This document shows positions 24,311-33,530 of a stretch of DNA of 64,000 nucleotides, in pieces. Location of the stretch: contig DCAB01000012.1 of assembly GCA_002311855.1 (NCBI GenBank), positions 388,112-452,111 on the forward strand, in the 5' to 3' direction. Positions within the stretch are counted from its first letter, which is position 1, and each line of letters starts with the position of its first letter. Source of the stretch: Candidatus Dadabacteria bacterium UBA1144 (GTDB lineage: Bacteria; Desulfobacterota_D; UBA1144). Position numbers and translations under genes: made by a program. The notes under the pieces are model-generated. The model ran no database searches and was not told the origin of the DNA. It saw only the letters and a program-made list of their open reading frames with translations.

Positions 24311-24459
24311 TGGATTTTAAGAGTGATAAACTGGGGACAGCCGGGGCTGTTGGTTTGGCTATAGGTATTTGTGGATTTATTTCACTATTAGTTATTATAT
24401 CAATGCTTGGCCCTTTTATTCCTAGAATTATTAGGATTGTCTTTGGTATAGTAAACTAA
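24310..24459 (+). CDS. Uncalled 49-aa single-TM ORF translationally coupled to actF (candidate extra ACIII subunit)
   Basis: ATG overlaps the actF TAA (TAATG). Translation MDFKSDKLGTAGAVGLAIGICGFISLLVIISMLGPFIPRIIRIVFGIVN has one hydrophobic helix. Below the ORF-track size cut-off. Confidence 0.4.
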   Translation: MDFKSDKLGTAGAVGLAIGICGFISLLVIISMLGPFIPRIIRIVFGIVN

Positions 24460-24465
24460 TTTTCA

Positions 24466-25479
24466 ATGAAGGATAAAATTACTTATAAAGATTCTGGAGT
24501 TAGCATTTATGAAGGAAATAGATTCGTAAAAAGTATCCAACCCTACATAAAGAAGACCCTAAATAAAAATGTAATTGGTAGTACCACATCTTTTGCCGCC
24601 TTATTTGCAATAAATACAAATAAATACAAAAAACCTTTGCTAGTCGCATGTACCGATGGCGTTGGAACTAAAATACAAATTGGTATCAAAACAAATAAAA
24701 TAAAAGGCCTAGGAATTGACTTGGTTGCTATGTGTGTGAATGATTTGCTATGTACCGGCGCAACACCACTTTTTTTTCTTGATTATCTTGCTACTTCAAA
24801 ATTGCGAACTAAATATCACTCTGAAATAATTAAAGGAATCTCAGAGGGTTGTATTGAATCAAAATGCACTTTGGTTGGGGGTGAGACGGCTGAAACACCT
24901 GGTGTTTACACCGGAACCGACTTTGACTTGGCAGGCTTTGCAGTAGGTATTGTTGATAGACAGAAATTGATAAATACTACGAGGATTAAAAGTGGAGATT
25001 TATTGATTGGCCTTCCTTCTAATGGAATCCATTCAAATGGATATTCCCTTGTACGAAAACTTTTTTTTACCAAAAACAACCATTATTCAAGAGATAAAAA
25101 ATTTATTAATTCGGTAATGAAACCAACAAGAATATATTTCAATGTTTTAAACAAGATTAAGAGCAAATTTGCGATTAAGGGAATAGCCCATATAACGGGG
25201 GGAGGTTTGGTAGGAAATATCCCTAGAATTATTCCTCAAGGTTTAGGTTGCGAACTCATTAAAGATTCTTGGCCTACTCCTAAGCTATTTGATTTAATTC
25301 AGGAATCATCACGACTTAGCTCACGCGAAATGTTTAATATCTTTAATATGGGAATAGGCCTTGTTCTTTGTATTGATAAAAACAAACTACCTATCCTAGA
25401 AAAAACTTTCAGCTTAATTAAAGAAAAATATTATCTGATAGGCACAATAAGTAAGAAATCAGGATTGAAAATTATCTAA
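24466..25479 (+). CDS. purM: Phosphoribosylformylglycinamidine cyclo-ligase (AIR synthetase)
   Basis: 337 aa with PurM-family N- and C-domains (ITYKDSGVSIYEGN..., GGETAE). Confidence 0.9.
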   Translation: MKDKITYKDSGVSIYEGNRFVKSIQPYIKKTLNKNVIGSTTSFAALFAINTNKYKKPLLVACTDGVGTKIQIGIKTNKIKGLGIDLVAMCVNDLLCTGATPLFFLDYLATSKLRTKYHSEIIKGISEGCIESKCTLVGGETAETPGVYTGTDFDLAGFAVGIVDRQKLINTTRIKSGDLLIGLPSNGIHSNGYSLVRKLFFTKNNHYSRDKKFINSVMKPTRIYFNVLNKIKSKFAIKGIAHITGGGLVGNIPRIIPQGLGCELIKDSWPTPKLFDLIQESSRLSSREMFNIFNMGIGLVLCIDKNKLPILEKTFSLIKEKYYLIGTISKKSGLKII

Positions 25480-26269
25480 AATTCCATGTCCCAGGCATGT
25501 ATGCAAATAAAACTTTAATATTTAATTTTTTTAGATATTTCCAAGATTTAGGAAATGGCGGGTAGGGAGCCGCTGTAATTATTGCTGACTTTGCTCCTTC
25601 ATCCAAACGTTTGAATCCAGAAGACTTTAATATTGAAACACTAATCAATTTCCCTGTCTTATCTACTGACATCACGACAAGCACCTTGCCACTTTCAGCT
25701 TTATTATATGATTCTCTTGGATATGACCAAACCATTTGAATTTTTCTTTTTATTTTTAAAAAATATGAAATGTATTTAAATTCTTTCGTATTAAGTTCCA
25801 CCGTCGCTTCGGTCTGTGAATTGGGAACGGATAATTGAGGTTTAAATATACTATTCTTTTGTTGCGGAGAATCTACTTTAGCTTCTTTGATATTGTCCTC
25901 TTTTTTTAATTCTTCATCAAACTTTTTCAAATCACCTAACTCTTTATCTTTTTGTGCTTTCTTTTCTTCAGTTTTTTTAGAGAATTTTCTCTCATACTGC
26001 TTAGGAGATGGTTTTTCGTAATTTTTGTATTTATCGTCTGGTGCCTTTTCTTTTTTAGCTTTATGGGTGTGTTTCGCTAATCTTTTAGCATCATTTTCTT
26101 TTTCGATATATGGAAATTCTATTTCTGTTATTTCAATGTATTTTAGTGGTTTTTCATACAAGAGAGTTGCATCACTAAAAATAATCGCCAAGATAAAAAT
26201 TAATAGATGTATCAGAACCGATAAAGGTAAAAAAACATCCTTTTTTAATTTTTTTAATAAATCTCTCAT
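25472..26269 (-). CDS. tonB: TonB-family energy transducer
   Basis: 265 aa. N-terminal TM, Lys/Glu-rich spacer, C-terminal TonB domain (KVLVVMSVDKTGKLISVSILKSSGF...AAPYPPFP). Confidence 0.7.
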   Translation of the reverse strand: MRDLLKKLKKDVFLPLSVLIHLLIFILAIIFSDATLLYEKPLKYIEITEIEFPYIEKENDAKRLAKHTHKAKKEKAPDDKYKNYEKPSPKQYERKFSKKTEEKKAQKDKELGDLKKFDEELKKEDNIKEAKVDSPQQKNSIFKPQLSVPNSQTEATVELNTKEFKYISYFLKIKRKIQMVWSYPRESYNKAESGKVLVVMSVDKTGKLISVSILKSSGFKRLDEGAKSAIITAAPYPPFPKSWKYLKKLNIKVLFAYMPGTWNFR

Positions 26270-26297
26270 GCACTAAAATTTTAATTTATATTTTAGA

Positions 26298-26603
26298 ATG
26301 TATCATTATATTATGTATAAAAAAACGGTATTTTTTTCATTTATATCTATTTTTTTATTCATTCCTTCTTTCTGTTCCTTTTCTGTGGCGCATTCTATCT
26401 TAATTGATGAAAACGATATAGTTGTTTCTTCTACAAAATCTCCTAGAGAAAGGTGGAATTATAACAAGGAGGAAGATAAAATTAATCATTACAAAAAAAT
26501 GGTCAACACGAGATATAAAGATGATAATTTTGCGACAGAGATCCGAGAGAACAAAGGCGATAAGAGGATAAATCGACCAGGATCACCGAGGGATCGATAC
26601 TAG
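26298..26603 (+). CDS. Hypothetical small secreted, highly charged protein
   Basis: 101 aa. N-terminal signal peptide, then a K/R/D/E-rich 70-aa tail. No recognisable family. Confidence 0.4.
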   Translation: MYHYIMYKKTVFFSFISIFLFIPSFCSFSVAHSILIDENDIVVSSTKSPRERWNYNKEEDKINHYKKMVNTRYKDDNFATEIRENKGDKRINRPGSPRDRY

Positions 26604-26618
26604 TATTTAAAAATTATA

Positions 26619-27296
26619 ATGAAATTGAAAGATATTTGTTTACTGACTTTTCTTATTTTATTTATATCAAGCTGCTCTTGGGTTTCAGAGACTTGGGAAA
26701 AAAGACCTGATTGGATAATGCCTGACAAAGGATTGAATCAACAACTAACAGAATATAAAGTGAGTAAAGAATTGCTAACCGGTTTTAATATTTCTTTATC
26801 GATTAGCGAAACCAAGAAACTTATAAGCGACAATGGCTTTGATTATAAAAAGCGTAGACTGGACAAAAAATCTCAAATTCAAACATTTAACTTTGAAGGT
26901 ACTTTGTTTGATACCAAAAACCTGTTTACTTATAAGGCCATTAATTCTAGTGTTGATTTTTTTGACGATACAATCCTATCTTCAAGGGTTCGTATTGATG
27001 CATCTAACGAGAATAATTTAGAGGAAATTGTTAACGCGGTTTATCAAATTCTAGTCGATTTTTATTCATCTCCCCTATCAGAAAATTCAATTTATTCTTT
27101 TCAGATTTATAAATGGGCTCAAAATGATGTAGAAGTATTTTTGTCTATAGATAAAGAACATAAAAGTATTCTGATATCAGAAGTTAATTCAATTGTTGAA
27201 GAATCAAGAAGCTTTCAAGAATTTAAAGAAGAATTTATTGACGACTTTCAAACTTACGAAGAAGAAATTAGATATGGTAAAAATCGGGACAAGTAG
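26619..27296 (+). CDS. Hypothetical lipoprotein
   Basis: 225 aa. Signal peptide with lipobox-like LFISSCS, acidic C-terminus. No recognisable family. Confidence 0.5.
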   Translation: MKLKDICLLTFLILFISSCSWVSETWEKRPDWIMPDKGLNQQLTEYKVSKELLTGFNISLSISETKKLISDNGFDYKKRRLDKKSQIQTFNFEGTLFDTKNLFTYKAINSSVDFFDDTILSSRVRIDASNENNLEEIVNAVYQILVDFYSSPLSENSIYSFQIYKWAQNDVEVFLSIDKEHKSILISEVNSIVEESRSFQEFKEEFIDDFQTYEEEIRYGKNRDK

Positions 27297-27354
27297 ATTC
27301 TAAGAAATATTGAAAAAGAAACAAAATGACCCTTTTACTACTGTGCGTGGATTG

Positions 27355-29325
27355 TTAGACAATTGTAATACCTTCTTCAATGATCCTCCCCAAATCTAGC
27401 ATGATTTTATTGAGGGAATAGTCTTTGGGTGTATAAATAGCTCTTACACCACAATTTCTAAGAGATTCGTGATCCTCCTCTGGCACGATACCTCCAACAA
27501 TTAAAGGTGTGGAACCAAAACCCCTTTCTCTCATCATTGTAATAATTCTAGGTACAATAGATAAATGTGATCCGGATAATATGCTCAGACCAACTAAATC
27601 GACGTTCTCTTGCTCTATGGTGCTCATAATTTCTTCAGGAGTTAGCCTAATTCCGTGGTAAATTACTTCCATCCCTACATCTCGTGCCCTAACGGCGATT
27701 TGTTCTGCACCATTAGAATGCCCATCTAACCCAGGTTTCCCAACTAATATCTTTGCTGGCCTACCGAGTTTCTTGCTTATTGTCTGCATTTTTTTTCTGA
27801 CCTCATCAATATTATTATCTTTTAAATTAGTTGAGATTGAGGTTCCGGTTGGAGGTCTGTATTCACCAAATATTCCTCTTAAAGTGTCTGCCCATTCCCC
27901 CGTAGTAACTCCATTTAATGCACATTCAATTGATATTGGCATTATGTTTTCATAATTGATTACAGCATTTTTCAGTCTTTCTAAACTCTCTTTTATTAAT
28001 TTTTGATTCCTACTCTTTTTGTACTTCTTAAGTGAATTTATTTTTGATTTTGCGATCTCCTCATCGACTTTTTGGATAGACTTATCTACAGAGAAAGGTG
28101 ACTCTTCAGTTTCTTGATAACAATTGACCCCAACAATTTTTCTTTCGCTAGTTTCTATTTGATGTGATCTATGAGATAACGACGTGACCAAGGATTCTTT
28201 CATGTAACCGTTCTCAATAGCAACGGTTGCACCACCCATTTTGTCGATCTTGTTTATTTCTTTATACGCTGCTTTTTTCAATTCGTTCACTTTCTCTTCT
28301 ATAACTGGAGATTTATCAAATATATCTGGATATTCAAGAAGATCTGTTTCATAAGCCAATATTTGTTGAAATCTTAATGACCATTGTTGATCCCAAGGTT
28401 TCGGTAGACCTAATGCTTCATTCCATCCTGGAAGCTGAATCGCTCTTGCGCGAGCACTTTTACTTAAAGTTACAGCAAGCATTTCTATTATTATTCGTGC
28501 AACATTATTTTCTGGCTGTTGTGCGGTTAGACCCAACGAATTGACTTGGACGCCATATCGAAATCTTCTGAATTTTGCATCTTTAACATTGTATCTATTA
28601 AGACATATCTCATCCCACATTTCGGTAAATGCTCTCATTTTGGAAAGCTCTTCAACGAATCTTATTCCAGCATTGACAAAGAATGATATTCTTCCAACAA
28701 TTTTTGGAAAACTTTTTTCAGGTATTTGTTTTGAATCTCTTACCGCATCAAGAATACAGATAGCATTTGAAAGAGCAAAGGCGATTTCTTGAACAGGTGT
28801 TGCACCTGCTTCCTGCAGGTGGTAACTACATATGTTGGTGGGGTTCCATTTGGGAACATTTTTATAACAATAGACTATCATGTCCGATATCAGCTTTATC
28901 GACTCTTTTGGAGGGAAAATATATGTACCTCTTGAAAGGTATTCCTTAAGGATGTCATTTTGGGTAGTTCCTTGAAGCTTATTTAGATCAACATCATATT
29001 GTTTTGCCACGGCACAATATAACGCAAGTAACCAAGCCGCGGTGGCATTTATTGTCATTGAGGTATTCATTTTGTCTAAAGGTATATCATTGAATAGAGC
29101 CTTCATGTCTCTTATATTTGATATGGAAACACCAACTTTTCCAACTTCCCCCTCGGATAAAATATGATCGGAGTCATATCCAGTTTGAGTCGGGAGATCA
29201 AAGGCTACACTAAGACCCGTTTGTCCTTTAGATAGGTTAGTTTTAAATAATTTGTTAGATTCTTCTGCGGTACTATGACCCGCATAAGTTCTCATGATCC
29301 ATGGCTTATCCTTAGATAAAGTCAT
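27355..29325 (-). CDS. Coenzyme B12-dependent acyl-CoA mutase, single chain (catalytic TIM barrel fused to a C-terminal B12-binding domain)
   Basis: 656 aa. N-terminus PWIMRTYAGHSTAEESNKLFKTNLSKGQTGLSVAFDLPTQTGYDSD is the methylmalonyl-CoA-mutase family signature. C-terminal DxHxxG B12 motif (GLDGHSNG). Whether it is an MCM, Ecm or Icm type cannot be decided by eye. Confidence 0.85.
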   Translation of the reverse strand: MTLSKDKPWIMRTYAGHSTAEESNKLFKTNLSKGQTGLSVAFDLPTQTGYDSDHILSEGEVGKVGVSISNIRDMKALFNDIPLDKMNTSMTINATAAWLLALYCAVAKQYDVDLNKLQGTTQNDILKEYLSRGTYIFPPKESIKLISDMIVYCYKNVPKWNPTNICSYHLQEAGATPVQEIAFALSNAICILDAVRDSKQIPEKSFPKIVGRISFFVNAGIRFVEELSKMRAFTEMWDEICLNRYNVKDAKFRRFRYGVQVNSLGLTAQQPENNVARIIIEMLAVTLSKSARARAIQLPGWNEALGLPKPWDQQWSLRFQQILAYETDLLEYPDIFDKSPVIEEKVNELKKAAYKEINKIDKMGGATVAIENGYMKESLVTSLSHRSHQIETSERKIVGVNCYQETEESPFSVDKSIQKVDEEIAKSKINSLKKYKKSRNQKLIKESLERLKNAVINYENIMPISIECALNGVTTGEWADTLRGIFGEYRPPTGTSISTNLKDNNIDEVRKKMQTISKKLGRPAKILVGKPGLDGHSNGAEQIAVRARDVGMEVIYHGIRLTPEEIMSTIEQENVDLVGLSILSGSHLSIVPRIITMMRERGFGSTPLIVGGIVPEEDHESLRNCGVRAIYTPKDYSLNKIMLDLGRIIEEGITIV

Positions 29326-29339
29326 TTTTAAATTATACT

Positions 29340-30374
29340 CTATTCAGCCGAATTTAGGATGTCATAGCCAGTTATCGATTTACTTTTCTCTGCCATTGAG
29401 TCCAAATATTTTTTGTCAACTAATCCTGCAAGACATGCTTTGGATACTCTCATTAGAGCTATTTTTGCAGTGGCCTCATCTATCATCTCGCCAGTTTTTG
29501 GATTAAACATGGATCCGCCACCCATTTCATGGTAAAAATCTAGTTGATGGATTGCTTCCTTAATTTGTTGTTCATTAGGTGTGAAAGCGTTATTCGCAAC
29601 GACTGCTTGTTGTGGATGAATAACCCATGTGCCATCCATTCCGATAGCGGCGGAACCCTCGCATTTTTTCTTTAATCCATCTTCAACTTCTTTAATTCTT
29701 TCAGGACTATCATTTTTTCTCCATAAAGCTAGATAGACATTGTCAATTGCGTGAATCCCAGCTGCTTTTGCTGCGGTTATAACAGCTTTTTTCTCGTAAT
29801 GAAAGACCTCATTCTGTCTATCTAGACAATATTTTGGATCAACACCTAATTCTGCAGTATAATCAGCAATTCCAAAAATAAGCCCTGCCATTCTAGGGGA
29901 GGCCATTGCCATTTCATATGCATATTCCAATGCTCTAGGTCTTTCGATTAAAGCTTCGATTGCAAGTTTTGTTTTCCAACCATATTTAGATTCGAGTTCA
30001 TCAAGGGTGTCAGATACCAACTTAACGTCTTCGGGCCCATTACACTTTGGGATGATTATCCCATGAAATTTGTCTACAGCTTCTTTTAAAACAGCATCCA
30101 TGTCGCCCCTGAAAAATTCAGATTTTAAATTATTGGGTCTTACCGTAATAACTTTTTTCCCGAAATCTAATTTATTTAAAGCTTCAATCATTGTGGCCCT
30201 ACTTTTATCACCTTTAAATTCATATGGGCAAGCATCTTCTAGGTCAGCCATTACATGATCAACCGGTGTTTTTTCTGCATTGGCAGCATTTGTGTGGAGT
30301 TTCATGTTGTGCCCTGGATAAGTTAGTTCGGTTCTTGGCACCACAATTCTTGTTCCTTCATCTAAAATAAACAA
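29340..30374 (-). CDS. HpcH/CitE-family CoA-ester lyase (malyl-CoA / beta-methylmalyl-CoA / citramalyl-CoA lyase-like)
   Basis: 344 aa. Segments DHVMADLEDACP...ITVRPNNL...IIIPKCNGPEDV parallel the conserved blocks of Mcl/CitE lyases. GGAGGA SD upstream. Confidence 0.7.
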   Translation of the reverse strand: MFILDEGTRIVVPRTELTYPGHNMKLHTNAANAEKTPVDHVMADLEDACPYEFKGDKSRATMIEALNKLDFGKKVITVRPNNLKSEFFRGDMDAVLKEAVDKFHGIIIPKCNGPEDVKLVSDTLDELESKYGWKTKLAIEALIERPRALEYAYEMAMASPRMAGLIFGIADYTAELGVDPKYCLDRQNEVFHYEKKAVITAAKAAGIHAIDNVYLALWRKNDSPERIKEVEDGLKKKCEGSAAIGMDGTWVIHPQQAVVANNAFTPNEQQIKEAIHQLDFYHEMGGGSMFNPKTGEMIDEATAKIALMRVSKACLAGLVDKKYLDSMAEKSKSITGYDILNSAE

Positions 30375-30402
30375 TTCATTTCCTCCTAAAATAACAAAAA
30401 TT

Positions 30403-31572
30403 CTATTTATTTAGAATTGATTTTGCTATGATTTCATGTTGGATTTCACTTGTTCCTTCGAAGATGCTTATTACTCTTCCATCTCTCCAATATCTTTCCA
30501 CAGGAAATTCCTTGGAGTATCCATATCCTCCGAGTATCTGCATAGCTTCTCTAGTGATGAACTCTACCGCTTTGGCTGCTTTAACTTTGGCCATTCCTGC
30601 TTCTAAATCGCACCTTTTTCCAGAATCTTTCATGGAGGCAGCGTAGTAAACTAGCTGCCTGGAAGCCTCAAGTTCTACGGCCATCTCAGACAGTTTCATT
30701 CTGATAGCTTGATGTTCACAAATAGGCTTCCCGAATTGTTCACGTTCTTTTGAATATTGTAAAGAAAAGTCAAAAGCAGCTTGAGCAACCCCCACAGCTC
30801 GTGCTGCAGTCTGAAGTCTAGCGACTTCATAACTTGCCATTAATTGATAGAAGCCCTTATTCTCTGCTCCACTTAGTAAATTTTCTTCTGGTACAAAGGT
30901 ATCTTCAAATGCTAGATTGTATGATTTCATTCCATGATAGCCAACCGTGGGTATCGGCTCACCTTTAATATTAGGATGATCTATTTTTTCTCCGGACTCT
31001 TTATCAACAAAAAAAATACTTAAGCCCTTATGTCTTTTGCTGGCATCGGGATCAGTTCGCGCAAGAACGATTAAGCAATTGGCACGATTAGCAAAAGTAC
31101 ACCATGCTTTTGCTCCATTTAATAGGTATCCACCATCAGTTTTAGTTGCTTTAAGTCTCATGCTAGCTGAGTCAGAGCCTGAATCTGGTTCTGTGAAAGC
31201 GGCAGCGGGTAATATCTGACCGATAGCGAGACCGGGTAAATATTTTTTCTTTTGCTCTTCAGTTCCGTGAGCCTCAAGCAACGTGCCCATAATTATTCCC
31301 CTTGTCATTACACTCCCAACACTGAGCCATCCCTTGCTGAGCTCTTCGGCAACTATTGCCATAGTTATATTGTCGAGACCCAATCCACCATATTCTTCCT
31401 GGAACAACACGCCAAAATATCCTTGCTCGGCCATTTTTTGGATGATTTCCATTGGAATCTCAGCTTGTTTGGCATCCAATTCTGATGCGATGGGTACTAT
31501 TTCTTCCTCAGTAAATCTCCGAACCGCTCTTCTAAATTCTTCATGTTCTTCGGTAACTAAAGGCATGGACAT
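30403..31572 (-). CDS. Acyl-CoA dehydrogenase
   Basis: 389 aa. ACAD fold with the catalytic-base region IFEGTSEIQ near the C-terminus. First gene of the minus-strand three-gene operon. Confidence 0.85.
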   Translation of the reverse strand: MSMPLVTEEHEEFRRAVRRFTEEEIVPIASELDAKQAEIPMEIIQKMAEQGYFGVLFQEEYGGLGLDNITMAIVAEELSKGWLSVGSVMTRGIIMGTLLEAHGTEEQKKKYLPGLAIGQILPAAAFTEPDSGSDSASMRLKATKTDGGYLLNGAKAWCTFANRANCLIVLARTDPDASKRHKGLSIFFVDKESGEKIDHPNIKGEPIPTVGYHGMKSYNLAFEDTFVPEENLLSGAENKGFYQLMASYEVARLQTAARAVGVAQAAFDFSLQYSKEREQFGKPICEHQAIRMKLSEMAVELEASRQLVYYAASMKDSGKRCDLEAGMAKVKAAKAVEFITREAMQILGGYGYSKEFPVERYWRDGRVISIFEGTSEIQHEIIAKSILNK

Positions 31573-31712
31573 CCTCCATCTACGGTATTATTAAGTATTG
31601 AAGTGCAACTTACCGTCATTTATTATACAACGCAATTACTGAATTAAAAGAGAAAAGGCTTCCAAATAAATTAAAAAAAATATATATTTAATATAAAATC
31701 ATATTTAAAATA

Positions 31713-32192
31713 TTGGAGATCAAAATGGATTTTACTCATATCGATATTAAGCTTGAACAAGGTAATGTAAAAATTAAACTTAAACCAGATCTTGCTCCTA
31801 ACCATTCTCAAAGAATTGTGGAACTTGCTAATGAAGGTTTTTATAATGGGGTGGTCTTCCATAGAGTTATTCCTGATTTTATGGCGCAAACCGGTGACCC
31901 CACGGGTACAGGAACTGGATCTTCGGAGAAACCAAACTTAAAGCAGGAATTCAGTTCTGAAAAACATGTTCGAGGAACAGTTTCAATGGCAAGATCTAGC
32001 GATCCAGATAGTGGAAATTCTCAATTCTTTATTTGCTACAAAGATTGTACGTCGCTAGATGGTAATTATACTGTTTGGGGTGAAGTTGTAGAAGGGATGG
32101 AACTTGTAGACAACTTAAAAAAGGGTAGAGATTCAAGTGGCATGGTTGAAAATCCTGATAAAATGATTGAAGTTACAGCTATTAATGAATAA
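31713..32192 (+). CDS. ppiB: Peptidyl-prolyl cis-trans isomerase (cyclophilin type)
   Basis: 159 aa. HRVIPDFMAQTGDPTGTGTG cyclophilin signature. Confidence 0.9.
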   Translation: MEIKMDFTHIDIKLEQGNVKIKLKPDLAPNHSQRIVELANEGFYNGVVFHRVIPDFMAQTGDPTGTGTGSSEKPNLKQEFSSEKHVRGTVSMARSSDPDSGNSQFFICYKDCTSLDGNYTVWGEVVEGMELVDNLKKGRDSSGMVENPDKMIEVTAINE

Positions 32193-32205
32193 ATGGATAA
32201 ATAAA

Positions 32206-32769
32206 ATGAATATCGACGAAATTCCTTTCTTACGAGACAACAAATGGACCATCACTCCAATATTATATTTTTTACTTTTGGTATCAGTCTCTGCTTTGTT
32301 TCTATCTATAAATTCATCTGACGAATATATTGATTCTAGACAAAATGAAATAGATGGAATTGCTTTAAACGCACAATTTAGGGGTGACACTAATGCTTTA
32401 GGTGGATATTCACCACAATCACATGAATATGCGATAATTTCTAAGATTCTCAGTTCTAATAATTTTAGATTGAAATCAAAAAAATCATCTTTTCAAAATC
32501 TTTCGGTCGTCTCATCTGTTTATGCGCTTGACCACGGTAATAAAGTTATAGGTATTGGTTATGTTGCGTCAAATGATGGTGACTGTAGGAAATTAAGAGC
32601 TATCTCGATTAGTCAACTCGGAGAACATTATATGACACGCAATGATGATTCATTAAGTGAAAAAATCTCATGGAAATCGGAAGAAAATAAATTTACTTTT
32701 TTTAATCGATTCTTTTCCCATGGAATAGAATTAGATAGTATTTGCATATATCTAATTTCAAATAGATGA
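32206..32769 (+). CDS. Hypothetical membrane-anchored protein
   Basis: Tracked ORF starts at TTG 32167 inside ppiB. The first ATG after the ppiB stop is 32206 (MNIDE...); 32185 is also possible. One N-terminal TM, then a hydrophilic domain. No recognisable family. Confidence 0.4.
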   Translation: MNIDEIPFLRDNKWTITPILYFLLLVSVSALFLSINSSDEYIDSRQNEIDGIALNAQFRGDTNALGGYSPQSHEYAIISKILSSNNFRLKSKKSSFQNLSVVSSVYALDHGNKVIGIGYVASNDGDCRKLRAISISQLGEHYMTRNDDSLSEKISWKSEENKFTFFNRFFSHGIELDSICIYLISNR

Positions 32770-32969
32770 GATAGAGGAACAAAATTTTACAATATAGAGA
32801 TTTTGAATCAATTCAAAATATATATAAAAATCAAGAAGATGTAATTTTATTTCCAAAAGCTCTTGATATTACTAACTGCTTTTCACGATATCTATTAATC
32901 AATAAATATTTATCCACAAAAAAACCTAAATATTTATTTTGGTCCTTAGAATTTGATAGCAATTCAATT

Positions 32970-33530
32970 ATGGACCCATTTGTCGTAGAAACGATTAATT
33001 GGTGGAAGATTAATATGATTGATTCAAAAAATATTGAAGAAAAAAATATGGCCTCCATATTGTTAAAAAACATTGGTATAGCTTTGTCAAACTCTAGAGA
33101 TACAAGTACCGATTTTCACTATGACTCGGGTTTTGTTCATAGTTATAAAGACAAATTAAGTCCAGTGATAACATTTGAAGTACATCCTCCAAGAAGATGC
33201 TTTAGATTGATAGAAAATTTTGAGAAAATAATATCTACAATTAAAAAATTAAAATTGACAAACAAGGATATTGAACTCGCTCTGACAAAAAAATACCATG
33301 TAGAAAATATTAATTTGAACTTCTCCAATACAACACTGATAGCTGCACAGATTATATCCCAGATTCACAACAAGATTCCAAAAAATCATAGAGAGACATC
33401 TGATTTATTACTAACTCCTTTCTTGGCAGAAAAAATATATTCTGATGCAAATACTTTTGGATTTAATCTCAACTATATTGTTGATACTTATAGAAGTGTT
33501 GATTATTGGGATTCCGACAAAAAGAGATAA
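32970..33530 (+). CDS. Hypothetical protein
   Basis: 186 aa soluble protein. The upstream in-frame stretch back to 32775 has no ATG/GTG/TTG. No recognisable family. Confidence 0.4.
   Translation: MDPFVVETINWWKINMIDSKNIEEKNMASILLKNIGIALSNSRDTSTDFHYDSGFVHSYKDKLSPVITFEVHPPRRCFRLIENFEKIISTIKKLKLTNKDIELALTKKYHVENINLNFSNTTLIAAQIISQIHNKIPKNHRETSDLLLTPFLAEKIYSDANTFGFNLNYIVDTYRSVDYWDSDKKR

Noticed and set aside
26025-26276. 83-aa plus-strand ORF overlapping the tonB 5' region
   Set aside because: Antisense to the tonB gene and has no start context. The TonB C-terminal domain supports the minus-strand gene.
31573-31712. Possible cobalamin riboswitch upstream of the ACAD-lyase-mutase operon
   Set aside because: Reverse complement of the leader has no B12-box (GCCACUG-like) and is extremely AT-rich. 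Only a weak 7-bp inverted repeat TACGGTA...TACCGTA is present. Not called.
32831-33073. 80-aa minus-strand ORF in the 200-nt spacer before the 32970 gene
   Set aside because: Overlaps the start of the plus-strand gene, AT-rich low-complexity translation, no RBS.
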